Assembly (NCBI GenBank): GCA_013115145.1
Contig: JAAPAO010000003.1
Span: 62,001-126,000 of the forward strand
From: Perkinsus chesapeaki ATCC PRA-425
Taxonomy: Eukaryota; Protista; Perkinsozoa
DNA length: 64,000 nucleotides
Reading direction: 5' to 3'
Shown here: positions 32,006 to 43,650 of the stretch, in pieces
How positions within the stretch are numbered: position 1 is the first letter of the stretch
Layout of the letters: each line of letters starts with the position of its first letter
The notes under the pieces: model-generated
The model's input: only the letters and a program-made list of their open reading frames with translations
What the model was told of the DNA's origin: nothing
Database searches by the model: none
Made by a program: the position numbers and the translations under genes

Positions 32006-32947
32006 ATGTCGTCCACGCCGCCAAAGGTAGATGCCACAGCAGTCCCGAATGTGGTGCAGTATGACCAATTTGCGAGGGAGTGGCAACAGATCATGGGCCA
32101 GGACAACTTTGATGGATTCCGCGTTGAGGCGGGCAAAACCGTCACCAAGAACATGCAGGCCAATCACTCCCTCTTCCTGGGCACGTCCCTCAGCCCTAAT
32201 CAGTACCTCTATCAGTTCGGTCCTACCTATGCAAGCGATGACGGACGCACGGTGATGGTTGGCAGGCTGGGAATGGACGGTGGAGTGAACGCTCGACTGA
32301 TGAAGAAGCTATTCAAGGGAACCGATTTGAAGATTAACGCGAACTCGAATCTCCACGACCCTCAGAGGAACATGTACGAGTTTACCGTGGACCAGCAGGG
32401 CGAGGATTGGGCTGCCAGCGCCAAGCTGGCGTATCAGGGCACCTGGATTTCCAATGTCAGCTTCGCCCAGGAGGTCACTAATAACCTCTCCTTGGGTGGG
32501 GAGCTCACGCACGTCGCGGTCAACGGTGTTTCGATCGGCGGCCTCGGCGGGCGCTATGTCTGGGGACCGAACTACTTGAGTTTCGCCCTCAATCGACAGC
32601 CTGACTTCAAGCAGGGCCCGCAGGCTAACGTGCACTCGGCCAAGATGCAGTTCGTTCGCAAGGTCTCGGATAGGCTCGCGATCGGCAGCGAGCTCGAGTA
32701 CAGTCAACCTGAGCATGAGAGTCAGCTCCGTTTCGGATACGAGTACACTTTCCGCCACGCCAGAGTTCAGGGCTTGCTGGACACCTGCGGCAAGGTGTCC
32801 TGTTTCGTGCAGGACTTCATGGGCTTCGGCATCAGCGGTATGGTTGACTTTGTGAAGGGAGACTATCGATTCGGGTTCATGATGCACATGGTGCCTCAAC
32901 CCGAGGACGCTGGAGCTGCTGCTGGCGGCGGGCCGATGGCGGCGTAA
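32006..32947 (+). CDS. TOMM40: Mitochondrial import receptor TOM40, intronless
   Basis: YDQFAREWQQIMGQDNFDGFRVE, HSLFLG, YQFGPTY and GRLGMDGGVNARL; beta-barrel-like pattern. Confidence 0.9.
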   Translation: MSSTPPKVDATAVPNVVQYDQFAREWQQIMGQDNFDGFRVEAGKTVTKNMQANHSLFLGTSLSPNQYLYQFGPTYASDDGRTVMVGRLGMDGGVNARLMKKLFKGTDLKINANSNLHDPQRNMYEFTVDQQGEDWAASAKLAYQGTWISNVSFAQEVTNNLSLGGELTHVAVNGVSIGGLGGRYVWGPNYLSFALNRQPDFKQGPQANVHSAKMQFVRKVSDRLAIGSELEYSQPEHESQLRFGYEYTFRHARVQGLLDTCGKVSCFVQDFMGFGISGMVDFVKGDYRFGFMMHMVPQPEDAGAAAGGGPMAA

Positions 32948-33165
32948 GATAGCTATGAGGAAAGTTTATGAAGACTGTTGATGCTTAACTTGGAGGCAAT
33001 TTCGGCGGGTACTAGTATTGAATTGTCATCGTCTGTTGTTGCCGCTGCTGCTGGCTTGGAAGTTTCAGAGATAATACTAACACACTGGTCTCTATGGTAG
33101 AAAGCTTCCGCGTTGTTGTTGTGTTGGTGAGTGATCACTATAGTCAGTAGGGCGGTGGTAGGAGA

Positions 33166-34600
33166 ATGGCTAGCAATCAGCCTCCCACGCTTCATGCAGC
33201 CCAGCAAGGGGCTAGGTGCCGTCCAACGGATGTGTGTGACCTGCTACTGGAGAGGATAAGGCAGGTGATGTGGCTGGGTCGGACATAGGGAAGTGACAGG
33301 GTCATGTCTCGAGGGTCATGACGTTGGGCATAGACGTCGAGGACATCATGGACATAGAGCTGCTACTGCTGCCCTGTGTCTAGTGTGTGATTCCCTATCA
33401 GGGCGTCATATACTAAACGGGCAGAGGATGGGTCATGTCTCGAGGTTCAGGTCCTTCCGGCCTGTGACGCTGCCCGGCAGATTGAGCTGGCTCAGAAGGT
33501 AGTATGAGGAATGGTCGGGGTGGGATAGAGTGGTGGTGTAGTTGCGGCAGTTGGCGGCGGAAGCCAGCACTTTGAAGCAGCAATTGCTGTCACACGCATT
33601 GCAGCCTGTGGCGTCGCAGCAGAGGGTTCTGGTCTTGATGCAGCGAGCAAAGGAGTTGCTAGGGGAAAAGGTGGTGCGTGGGAGGGCGATTGAGCAGGTT
33701 TCGGCTGGGGACAAAATCTTGTGCAGAAGTTGTCATTATCTCTCCGCATTACGTCGTGCCCAGGTCCACCATGAGATACTTCAGAGAGCGGTATCGATGA
33801 TCAAGACGGGGCCGCAACAGGGCGCTATGCAACAGCAGCAGCAGACCAACAATGCTGTAATGCAGGCCTACCTAAGGAGCCAGGCGGCAGCGCAGAATAG
33901 AGGGAACGCTCAGGCGGCGGTGAGTCAGGTGAAAAGATTCTAAATAGGTTGATTGGTTGACTTTGGTGATTTAGAACTCTTCTGCAGTGGCCGCGGCGGC
34001 AGCTGCTATAATGCGACAAGGTAGGCACCGGTAGAGTGAATCGATTCTAGTATAGCTTCCCAAAATTAATGCTGCTTTACTAGGGCATGCGGTGTTGGCA
34101 GGTCACCAGAACGGTGGTGTACAAGGCGGCGTGAATTCTCAGATGGCAGGCCAGGGCAGAGGGGCTATCAACAACGCTCAGTTTATACAGCAGTTGAGGT
34201 CACTACAACAACAACAGCAACAGCAACAACAGCAAAGGGTAAGGGCCGGTGCCAGGCTAGGGCAGAGCTGCCGTGGCAGGTGGCCCAGAGTCACTTGGCA
34301 CCACAAGGCCAGCAGGCAGGGACAGGAGGGAGCACTGGAGTAAACAGCCAGTTGGCTAGTACCCTTCAGGATCAGATTAATAGGGTAATATCTTTGAGGG
34401 GGGGCATGAGTGGTTGACGATGACCTTTCACTAAGGCTTTGGCATTGTTATAATCTTTCACACTTCATGGCTCCTGATACATTGCCATCTACACCGTACC
34501 TGTTTATGATGCTACGTTTCGCTATGTGAATAGTCCCGTCCACCACTAGCTACCCCTATGGATACCGGTAAATGCTCACCGTGAGTGAGGGCGGCGTCAT
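33166..34600 (+). CDS. Hypothetical glutamine-rich multi-exon protein; 3' end approximate
   Basis: ATG 33166 with plausible GT-AG introns; coding-like exons 33542-33930 and 34092-34240 with poly-Q. Confidence 0.55.
34204..34235 (+). repeat. CAA/CAG poly-glutamine tract
   Basis: CAACAACAACAGCAACAGCAACAACAGCAA seen directly. Confidence 0.9.
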
Positions 34601-35142
34601 CTAGGTAGCTGTAGGGAACAAAAGCCGTTCATTTTGTCTTACTCCCAAGTTGGGAGTCCCGACATTTCCAGGTGGCCAGTGGGGCTCTTTCAGAGCCCGG
34701 GAAAATTAAGGCAGTCACCGCAATAGGTCCGGAAAATGACAGTTCGATTTTCAGTGGGAAACTTTCGCGTGCTTTGGTGATGGCGCCACGGAATCTCCGA
34801 TGGCGCCGTATATACGTGCGTCACTGTGCTTGCTAATAGAGTAGAATGTCATAGAGCCGTAGAGGAACATATGGTCTCCCCAGTCCGAGGCATTGGATGC
34901 TTCTATTGTCACTAGGAAATTTATGGAGGAAGATCTGTCGTATTCGAAATACTTCTAGGGCCTCCGGGAGGCCAGATGACTCCCTGGGGTGGGGTCAGCG
35001 GGGTGATGCGTTGTTTTAATATAGAGTCGTAGGTGAGCTGTAAGGAGATCTCTATGCTGAGAGTGTGAAAGTCGACCGAAACCTACCCTTCTTCCTTTGA
35101 TGCACGGCTTAAGCTCAGATACTTTCACCGCGTCCAAGCCCG

Positions 35143-37077
35143 ATGTCTTCCCCAGTCTCGGTCGCGGCCAACGATCCAGCTAAACGGGCTCGCATCGACC
35201 CGGCAGCATCGCCTGCAAGGTCCCATGCAGGCAGCACTAGCGGCAACCTGCTTCTGCCACCACCTGCCACCTCGCCGACCTCCGTCTCACCGCAAAGGCC
35301 ACCATCAACGCCTCGGAATCCAAGCGCCTCGCCGGTTGTGAGTGCTGCTGGTGATGCTGGGAAGGGGGGAGCGGATGCATTGGACGCTCTCGAGCAGCTT
35401 ATTATGGCCCAGCAACGAGCGGCTAGTACCCCACCGCCAATGTAAGGCGGCGACTAAAGGCTCCGCAGTGGTATTGGGTATCTTTCTCGGTCAGGGCGTC
35501 TCCGAGTGCCTCGCCATTGACGATGGGAAGTCCGGGTCCGGCAGCCAGTCCAGGTTGGGAAGCTGGCTCGCCATCTGCGGTAGGCACCTTTCCGAGCGTA
35601 TCTTAGCTTTAAGCGTGCTTCAGAGCCCTTCACCTTTGTCGTTGGCATCGACGCCGCAAATCGATATGGAGAGTGTACGGAGAGCCCATAAGGAGCAGAT
35701 GGTAGCGGCTGATCGCAGCAGTCGGATGGAGATGACGGATTTCAGTTGATGAGGATCGGACATCGCGTGCAGCGAAGAGGAGTAGCGCTGGCTAGTCAGG
35801 AAGTGCTGACCGCCTTGGGTGACGTGATGGAGCATTGGGCGGAGGTGGCGCAGCAAATGCTGCATAGAATTAGCAAACACAGGTAGGGAAGCTGGAGAGA
35901 GAGGAAGGATATTGTTGTTAGAGCCGAACTTTATCCGTCCCAGATTGCACGGCATTTGTCCCAGAGTCGGGACACATCCATTGAGGAGTGGTATAGGCGG
36001 AAGAAGGTAAGGTGGGGTTGATTGATAAGGGTGCTTCGTACTGTAGTGAACAAACAGGAAGAATAACTGCAGAACTGTGGGGAATGGACCTTTGCTGGTT
36101 TTTTGTCGTGGAGAATGGGTGGTGCCCTTTTGTTTTCCCACAGCTAGGCTGGGCTACCCTATCAACTCCTCCTTGAAAGCATGTCTTTTACTACAGCCAA
36201 CGGTGTTTATATGAAGGCGTTTTGCGGTACCAGTAAAGTCCGTCGAGGAAGCACATCTTTTCGGGGTATCTTGTATTGTACTGCCTGAGACTGGCTACTC
36301 GATCCGCCCACCTCACTCTTCGGTCAGTGAGCCATTTGTCCTCCGGAAATATGTTCCTACTGCGGAGATGCAGAAAAGCATGGCACGTCTCAGGAGCAAT
36401 CAGCCTACATGGGTGCACTATGCAAGGCGGTTATAGAGCATCGAGACCGGGCTGCCCAAGAGGCAGCCGAGGCTCGAGCGAACCGCACTGGGACCGGCCA
36501 AGGAGCGAAGTCTCGAGCTGCGGCATCCCGGGCAGCAGGGGGAAGTCTTCCGTCTCCTGAGGAGATGCGACAGCAGGAAATGGAGCAACAGCAGGCCATG
36601 CACGACCGGCTGGTGAGGACGTTTTATCTTACCAGACTACTTCAGTTGTAGGTCACCGGTGCTACACGGTCGTTGGTGAATGCTGAGAGGATGTTGTCCA
36701 CGGATGAGCAGCGGAAACAGATAGTTGCCGAGGCATTGGAGCAACATGTGCGGGGAAACGAGGGGAGTGGGAGAAACGGTTATGTTGAGTAGGTTACCAG
36801 TATACAGGATGTCCGGAAGGTTGGTCTGCGGGACCTTATGGCTCTTCTTAAGATGCCTCCGCCCAACGGACATAATACTTGGATTCATGGCATTCCAGTA
36901 AGCGACGGGGCCGCCCTCGTCTCTATGGGAAACAACACGCTCCACAATATTGCGATTGGTATAAATCTGTATTATTACTCCAAGTCCTTATCACCATATC
37001 ACTTACTATGGTGGAGCGTAGCTCATATAGCTACGATCCTCATCATTACCATCCATCCTCCGACCCGGCGTTCGTAG
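35143..37077 (+). CDS. TAF4: TAF4-like TFIID subunit (S/P-rich N-terminus, histone fold, conserved C-terminal motif); 3' end approximate
   Basis: LMRIGHRVQRRGVALASQEVLTALGDVMEHWAEVAQQMLHRISKHR resembles the TAF4 histone fold; RKVGLRDLMALL resembles the TAF4 CCTD (TRVNLRDL). Recognised from memory. Confidence 0.55.
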
Positions 37078-37325
37078 TCTTTAGTACCTCTATGATGCGT
37101 GTATGTGTGTCAGCGTGGGTGGGTATGTAGCGGTTTCAGGTACCAGAAGGAATGCGGCAGCGGCTGCTGGTGGAGATATCTCAAGGAGCGTATACGCGAG
37201 AGTATAATATAGCGAATGACCAAAGAGCCTCAGGAGGAGCCCGCGGATAGCCGCTTTTCTTTCCCTAAGGTGTTTAGTAGTCTTTTGGGGCAAGAGTGTT
37301 CCTAGACAGTTGTACACCTATTAAG

Positions 37326-39128
37326 ATGGCCTCCCCTTCGACATCGAAGGATGTATACAGTGGGGTTTGCCAGTGCCAGCGGCTTGGCGCTATCTTCTGC
37401 GTTTTCGTGCTGCATTTTGTCATAGGCGGCTTGCTGCTCATATCGGTTCCTGACTTGCGAGATTTCGGTGAGTCGCTCCCCGGTTTAGCCCTACGAAAAG
37501 TCTCGTTTGGCAGGCTCGTATAAAGGCAAAGTGTCCGTCGCTCTTATGGTGCTTGCTCTCGTGCTTTACCTCCGAACAGCACTGTGTGATCCGGGCTATT
37601 TGAGACCCAATTACCAGCCGCTTCCCAACGAGTTCGCTGGTACAGACGGCGTGGACCTTGAAATGGGCGAAATGGACACTTCTGTGTAAGGAGATGGGGC
37701 TGCATGCTCCGTCGGGGTGGCAACCTGGAGTCTAGTCGATCGTCTTGGAGAATATATTTTGAACCGGTCCTCAGCTGGGGATTTCTAGGGAACTGAATAT
37801 GTCTTTCGGCGTAAAATACTTTTACGCAAATAAATATATGAAAAAATATATAAATATTATGAAAAATTTGGAGCTTATATTTTTATGATACGTTGCAGGA
37901 AATGCATTGAACTTCAATGATTGAAGTAAAAGTCCGCCTCTCGGATGTCACGTGGTTCTAGGATGCTAGGATGTGGGTGAAGCAGCCGAGCTCGCCAGTT
38001 TGACTTCACGAGATCGGATGGAATCTTTTTCGCTGTTCGGCGATTCCCCACTGTTGAGCTTGAATGCGGATGACGAACATTAATGATTCTATTCAGAATG
38101 GGCAAGCCGTCAGACGATACCGCCGAAAGTTCGCGGGCATCAGAAGCGCGCCAGCGGACGCCAGAGACGGATGGCGGCCACTCGGACGAGGATAGTGGAG
38201 AGCCTGTGCCCCGTCAGTTCGGGGTACCTTTACGGTTTTGCAAGAAGTACGTGGACAGGCAGCGATCAAGCCTTTAGGGAGCGTCGCCTTCGGCAGGTGT
38301 GAAGTCTGGCAACCTTTGCGTTGTAAGCACTGTGCTGATTGCAATCGTTGTGTCCGAACTCACGACCATCACTGTGTATGGCTTGGCACATGCGTCGGAG
38401 AGAACAACCGAGTTTGGTTTTACTGGTGAGGACAGCTGCCTATCTGCTCACTACCGCTATTACCTTCTCAGGTACCTCTGGGCACAGTGGGGTGAGCTGC
38501 TCTGGTACTTTGTGCACGGCATTAAAAGGGCGCTCCAGTTCCCCACTGAGCTCCAGAAACAAAGCTTCGCCCAGGTTTTCGGAGTAAGCTGACGCCGACA
38601 TTGAGATATGGCTTCATGTGATCTCCAGTATGGTATCCTCAGGTCCTGATTATTGCGGACTTCATGGCACTTCTGTTTCTCATCATGCTTACTTGCTTAG
38701 TGTGCTATCACACATACCTAGCTTGCCGAGGAGTCACTACATGGGAGAACATATCTTGGTGAGGTCGATAAAGATTCATTTGAGCTCGATTCAGTGCCTA
38801 GAACAGACCGTGGACAGAGTGAAGCTTGTCAGGTATCGAATATCATACCTCAAGCGTATCCGTCCGAGTGATGGAACGCCTTTTTCGCGTTCCTTGGCGA
38901 TTAACTTAGCAGCATACTGTTGCCCGCCCTCTGGTAAGAAAGAGACTCAAGATAACCTCTCTACCTTGTTGTTTAGGGTGTTGCTGGAATCCTTGTTTGC
39001 GTCGTGCTGAGAGGAAGGCTTCAGACCTTGTTGTCTATGCCCCTGGTGGAGAGGCGTTGTGGAAGGTTGGACCGCCGACGTACCCCTGCATATGCTCGGA
39101 CCGTGTCTGTGGTTGCTGTATTGAATAG
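37326..39128 (+). CDS. DHHC palmitoyltransferase
   Basis: DPG motif, [33 protein letters not shown] and TM segments; [10 protein letters not shown] near the C-terminus. Confidence 0.92.
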
Positions 39129-39668
39129 GCTCATTCTCCTATCTGAGGTACCTCGGGCTCGCATACGCTAATCAAGGCCTTTTTAGTCCCGCATGTGCAG
39201 CCTCGGCTACCCCAGTGACTTCGTTACACCTCCAACTTGACGTCGTCAAGCTACAGATGCTTCCTGTATTTTTGTTATCCTGCTGCTGTTGGCTACTATA
39301 TAATTGCACCAGTATTGTGAGCGTAAAATTGATTTCCTGCAACTGCCCATTGTGGAGCTGTTTAGTGGAGATATCATCCTATTGTTGAGTTCATGAATTA
39401 CTATGGTACCGGTGAAGCTAACTTTGGGGCAACCCAAACCACGCTCGACGCGCGGCTACCGTAGTTGAGCTATATCGCGATTCGGTGACTTTCTGGTGAT
39501 TAAAGCACCCTAGATAGAATACGGCTTTGGCGTGGCCCTTGGACCATCGGCGGCTTCCCCGGTTTTGGAATCATCGATTGAATTCAATAATATCTATCCT
39601 GTCGGGTATGGTGCCGTGGCTCGGGCTCCGGTTGCTTGTTGAAGGCTTACTTTCCATATTTCATCGGA

Positions 39669-40642
39669 ATGGAGGAGCTCTCAGCTGTAGTTGAGCAGAT
39701 AGAAGATCTTACCAAGCACGCAGCTCAGCCATGCAAGAGTGTTGAGGTACCCTCACCTTGTGTCCCCTATTGTGAGGCTTATCCTGCGCAGGCTGCCCAT
39801 ATGAAGGCAATGCAGCGCATCAAGCATGTTAAAGAGGAAGTATCGCGTTTGGAGAGAGTCGTCTACCTGGAAAAATGCCGAGTAGACTTGGCGAGGTGTT
39901 CTGTGCCACTCTGACGCATCTCATCTTGATGGCTCCTTCGGTGCCTTGATTCTTGTTGTTACTAGCCAGAGATGTTTAGTACCTTTGGGTATGCTAGTTT
40001 TGGTCGTATCCTTCACCTGCATGGTCAGGAATGTGATGAGCTGGCGGAAGCTCTGAAGTGTCGGAATAAGGAGCTGGAGGAGGTATTCGCCCAAGCCAAG
40101 GAGAACCAGATCAACCTGTGGAACACAAGCGCCAATGCACCGGACAAGTGCGTTTCCCATTGCCTTTCGGAGTCGAGCTTACTCTTCAGAAGCCAGGACA
40201 GCGAGAAGGTCCCTTCCCCCAAAGCTAGCAGCGTCCCTTGTTTGCTGAGTGGAGAGGCGTTGTTGTCCAAAAGCCGAGCCTACGAGGCCCTGCTGGGCCT
40301 TTCTCTCGAAGTCGGTATCCTGACCACACTAGATCACATTCGTTGCTTTCAGTTCACTGGCCCTTCTGAGGCACGAGTGCGGTTGGATAATGTGGAGGGC
40401 TGCGAGGAGGCTCTTGTGTTTGTGTTGGCTTGGGACAGAGGGTCCCAGAAGTACAGCATCAAAAGCTGCGCACCTAGGGTAGAAGACTGCAGCATTGCGT
40501 CTTGCGATATCGTGGCTCTCAGGTTACTCTTTTGGACAAACTGGTGGCGAAGTTGAACTGTCGTATGTCCCCTTGCACATCACTAGGAGGCTTTCTGGTC
40601 GCAGTTAGGGAGAAGTATAAAAGCATGTACGGAAAGAAGTGA
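39669..40642 (+). CDS. SPC25: Kinetochore Ndc80-complex subunit SPC25-like
   Basis: Coiled-coil N-terminus, then YEALLGLSLE...FQFT...LVFVLAWDRGSQKYSIKSCAPRVE...FWSQLREKYKSMY, paralleling the Spc25 RWD domain pattern. Confidence 0.6.
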
Positions 40643-40749
40643 AAGGCAATTTGAATACCATGCCCAATTCAATATAAACTTTTCCTATCCTTAGCATGTT
40701 CTGCCTTTCGGTATGGTCCAGCTTTGTAGGACAGTAAATTAATATCTGA

Positions 40750-43302
40750 ATGCATCCTAGTCATATGAATGAAGTCATAGATCTCGATCCGGCCACACCC
40801 TCCGCTGCCGCCAAGCCTCGCTTCTCTCTCCCGCATGCCTCACCACCAGTTCCTGCGGGCTCCATTGAAAGTAGGTTTACCCTTCGAGACCGCCCAAGGC
40901 ATCTTGCTCAATCTGACAGGTTTCTTCTATGATGATCAAGGTGTACCTTCCGATACTATGCCACAGTGTATTATTGATGAGCCTCCAACCAAGAGAAGAA
41001 CGGTGCCAGCCTGGATGCGAGGGGAGCGCGAGGCCAATCCGCCGGCGTGGAAGAAACAAAGGGTGGGTTCCCGACGGCCAGTAGCTGTCTGAGATGCTCT
41101 ATGGTGCAGGGTCAAGGAGTATTCGAAGATGAAGGGGAACTGTCCGATCAGCAACGATATGTATTTGACTTGATTGTGAAACAGAAAAAGAGTATATTCT
41201 TCACGGGTGAGGCGAATGGGCGATTTTCCGGCTATTACGCAGTCTGGCTTGGACAGGAAGCGCCGGTACTGGTAAGACCAGGACGTTGAGAGAGGTCATC
41301 AAAGCTCTGCCGCAGAAGTCCACTTTTATAACGGGTGAACTCAGGCGAAATGCGAACGTTTTGTAACGTCTATTGTCCAGCTCTTACCGGTATAGCGTCA
41401 ACTTTACTGGACAGGAGGGCCACCACACTACATAGCTTCGCTGGGATAGGTCTAGCGTACTACGACATCGACAAAAAACTCTGTTACCTGTTGTTCTGTA
41501 TTAGGCGGGGGACCAAGCAGGATTTAGTGCGGTTCGTGAGGAAGAACAACAAGGCCGTTCAGAACTGGCAGGATTGCCAAGTCCTTATCATCGATGAGGT
41601 GTCGATGATGAGCGCTGATCTCTTCAACAAGCTCGACTACGTGGCGAAGGAAATGCGCGGCAATCGGGCTAGGCCATTTGGAGGCATACAACTCGTTCTG
41701 GTCGGCGACTTTTACCAAGTGAGCCGCTTGGCTGTTAAGTGTTTTATGTCACCTGCTCGCCAGTTGCCTCCAGTAGCCAAAAGCCGACAAAGTGAAGTAA
41801 ACGCAGACGAGGGTTTGAAATGTTACGAGTCGCCCGAGTGGGACAGAGCTATTGAGGTCAACGTCCGGCTCACGCAGGTGTAGGGCATCGGCGAGGACGC
41901 AGTAAGGTGACTCTGAGTATTTGAATAGTTATCGAACGAAGGACAAAGCTTTGAAGGATATGCTAGATGAGATCAGAGATAACAACCTGTCCCAGCGATC
42001 GATGAACTTACTTAGAAGGCTACAGAGGGACATTGTTACTCCGAATGGGGTGAGTGGTTCCGTTACGATCGGCTTGTCTCTTCATGCCCGTGCGTAGGTG
42101 CGACCAACAATTCTATATCCTACCAATGAGCAAGTTGACCGAAAGAACGCGGAGGAGATGAGTAGACTTCAAGGGGATAGCCAGACGTAGGCTTATCACA
42201 CTCGCCTGAGTATCTCCTGGTTTGGCCCTCATGCGTGTGCTTTCTCAGGTATGACGCAGAGGACTCGGGCCATCCCGATGACTTGCAGTATATCGATCGC
42301 TACACGCTATTTCCTCGAAGGCTCACCCTTAAGATTGGCGCTCAAGTGAGGAACTCAGACGTCACTGGGTCGTGGCATTAAAAGGCAGGTTATGTTGCTG
42401 AAGAACCAAAGTGGCGAGTTGGGGACTCGTCTGGTGAATGGGTCCCAGGGCAAAGTCGTGGGCTTCGTCCCGGCCTCTGGAGGCGTGTCTCCTAAAGGTG
42501 AGTCGTAGTCTGTATCATTCCGGATTACCTGTGGTACTGGCTGCTATTCAAGTTCGTTAGTAGCCTCGGATTGGTTGCTCCTCAGACGATCCGACCGGCG
42601 GCGGTTGGTCCGAGACAGCAGGGCCAATGTTGCCCAGGGTAGGCGATGCTGTTGCGTTGGGAGCAGTGGCGTTTTTGTGCGGTTTTCAGGTGCAGTTCTC
42701 TCACATGGGGGGAACTGTAGAGCAAACTGTAGACTATGAGAGCTTCGAGTTGGAGACTAAGAATAGGAAAATGAAGCGGAAACAGATACCACTAAAGCTG
42801 TCCTGGGCGATGACTATTCACAAGGTGATGCCCTCTCATTCCAGCAACAACCCGCAATGGGCATCATTCGCCCATCGGCGGTTTCCGAAGAAGATCCGAT
42901 GCTACGTTGTGTTAGGCCCAAGGTATGTCGATTGATTGTGTACAAGTCGACATTAGCCGAGTATTCGCAGAAGGTCAAGCGTAAGTAGAGATCCCCGAGA
43001 TTCCCACGGCGGCGTCCTACAAGTTGCACCCCAGTTACGTGGCTCTGAGCCGTGCTCGTTCGATAGAAGGCTTGCAAGTGCTGAGCTTTGACCCCCGCCG
43101 CTTCGGTTGCTCTCCTGAAGTCGTCGAATTCTACAAGAAGCACGTGAAAGATGCTCCTTTGGTGTATAACAGCTGCAACGCCACAACATCGATTGCCGAA
43201 ACCGTCACTAGTGGCGGCGGTGGTACTGCTGCTGCTGCGAATTCTTTGGTACCGAGCAAGTGGAATAATAAGAAGAGGGATCTCAAGAAGCGAGGAATTT
43301 GA
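40750..43302 (+). CDS. PIF1: ATP-dependent DNA helicase PIF1 (host copy), multi-exon
   Basis: SIFFTG..GTGK, LHSFAGIG, VLIIDEVSMM, PFGGIQLVLVGDFYQLPPV, KIGAQVMLLKN, RKQIPLKLSWAMTIHK and YVALSRARS. Confidence 0.95.
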
Positions 43303-43650
43303 TTACAGTTTACACACATGCATTTCTCCGGTGGCAGTGATTTGTGTTGACAGTCGCCCTGTCTCCCTACACAACTGAGAGTAGTCAACTTCCACAACAC
43401 CGAGTCACGTTATGGACGTGGCCAGCCATTCTGGGTGGAGCTGTGCTTGTGCGTGCAAGGTTGAAGACACGAAGGCTACGTAAGTCTAAGAGCCTGACTC
43501 TCTCTCTGCTATATTATATAACGCTTCTGACGAGACACGGTCAATGTTGGGCGAGCGCATCAGACTTGTTGATGCCCAATTCCGTTCTCGGAGACTGCCG
43601 TAAAACCGACTCACCCCTCAGACCTAATCACCGTCCCTGACTTGGTTGTT

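Noticed and set aside
32309-32899. 196-aa antisense ORF
   Set aside because: Shadow frame of the GC-rich TOM40 CDS; the same applies to many short antisense ORFs over gag-pol, importin and CASD1.
34740-35137. Possible small minus-strand gene divergent from TAF4-like
   Set aside because: No ATG start or recognisable product; cannot be supported.
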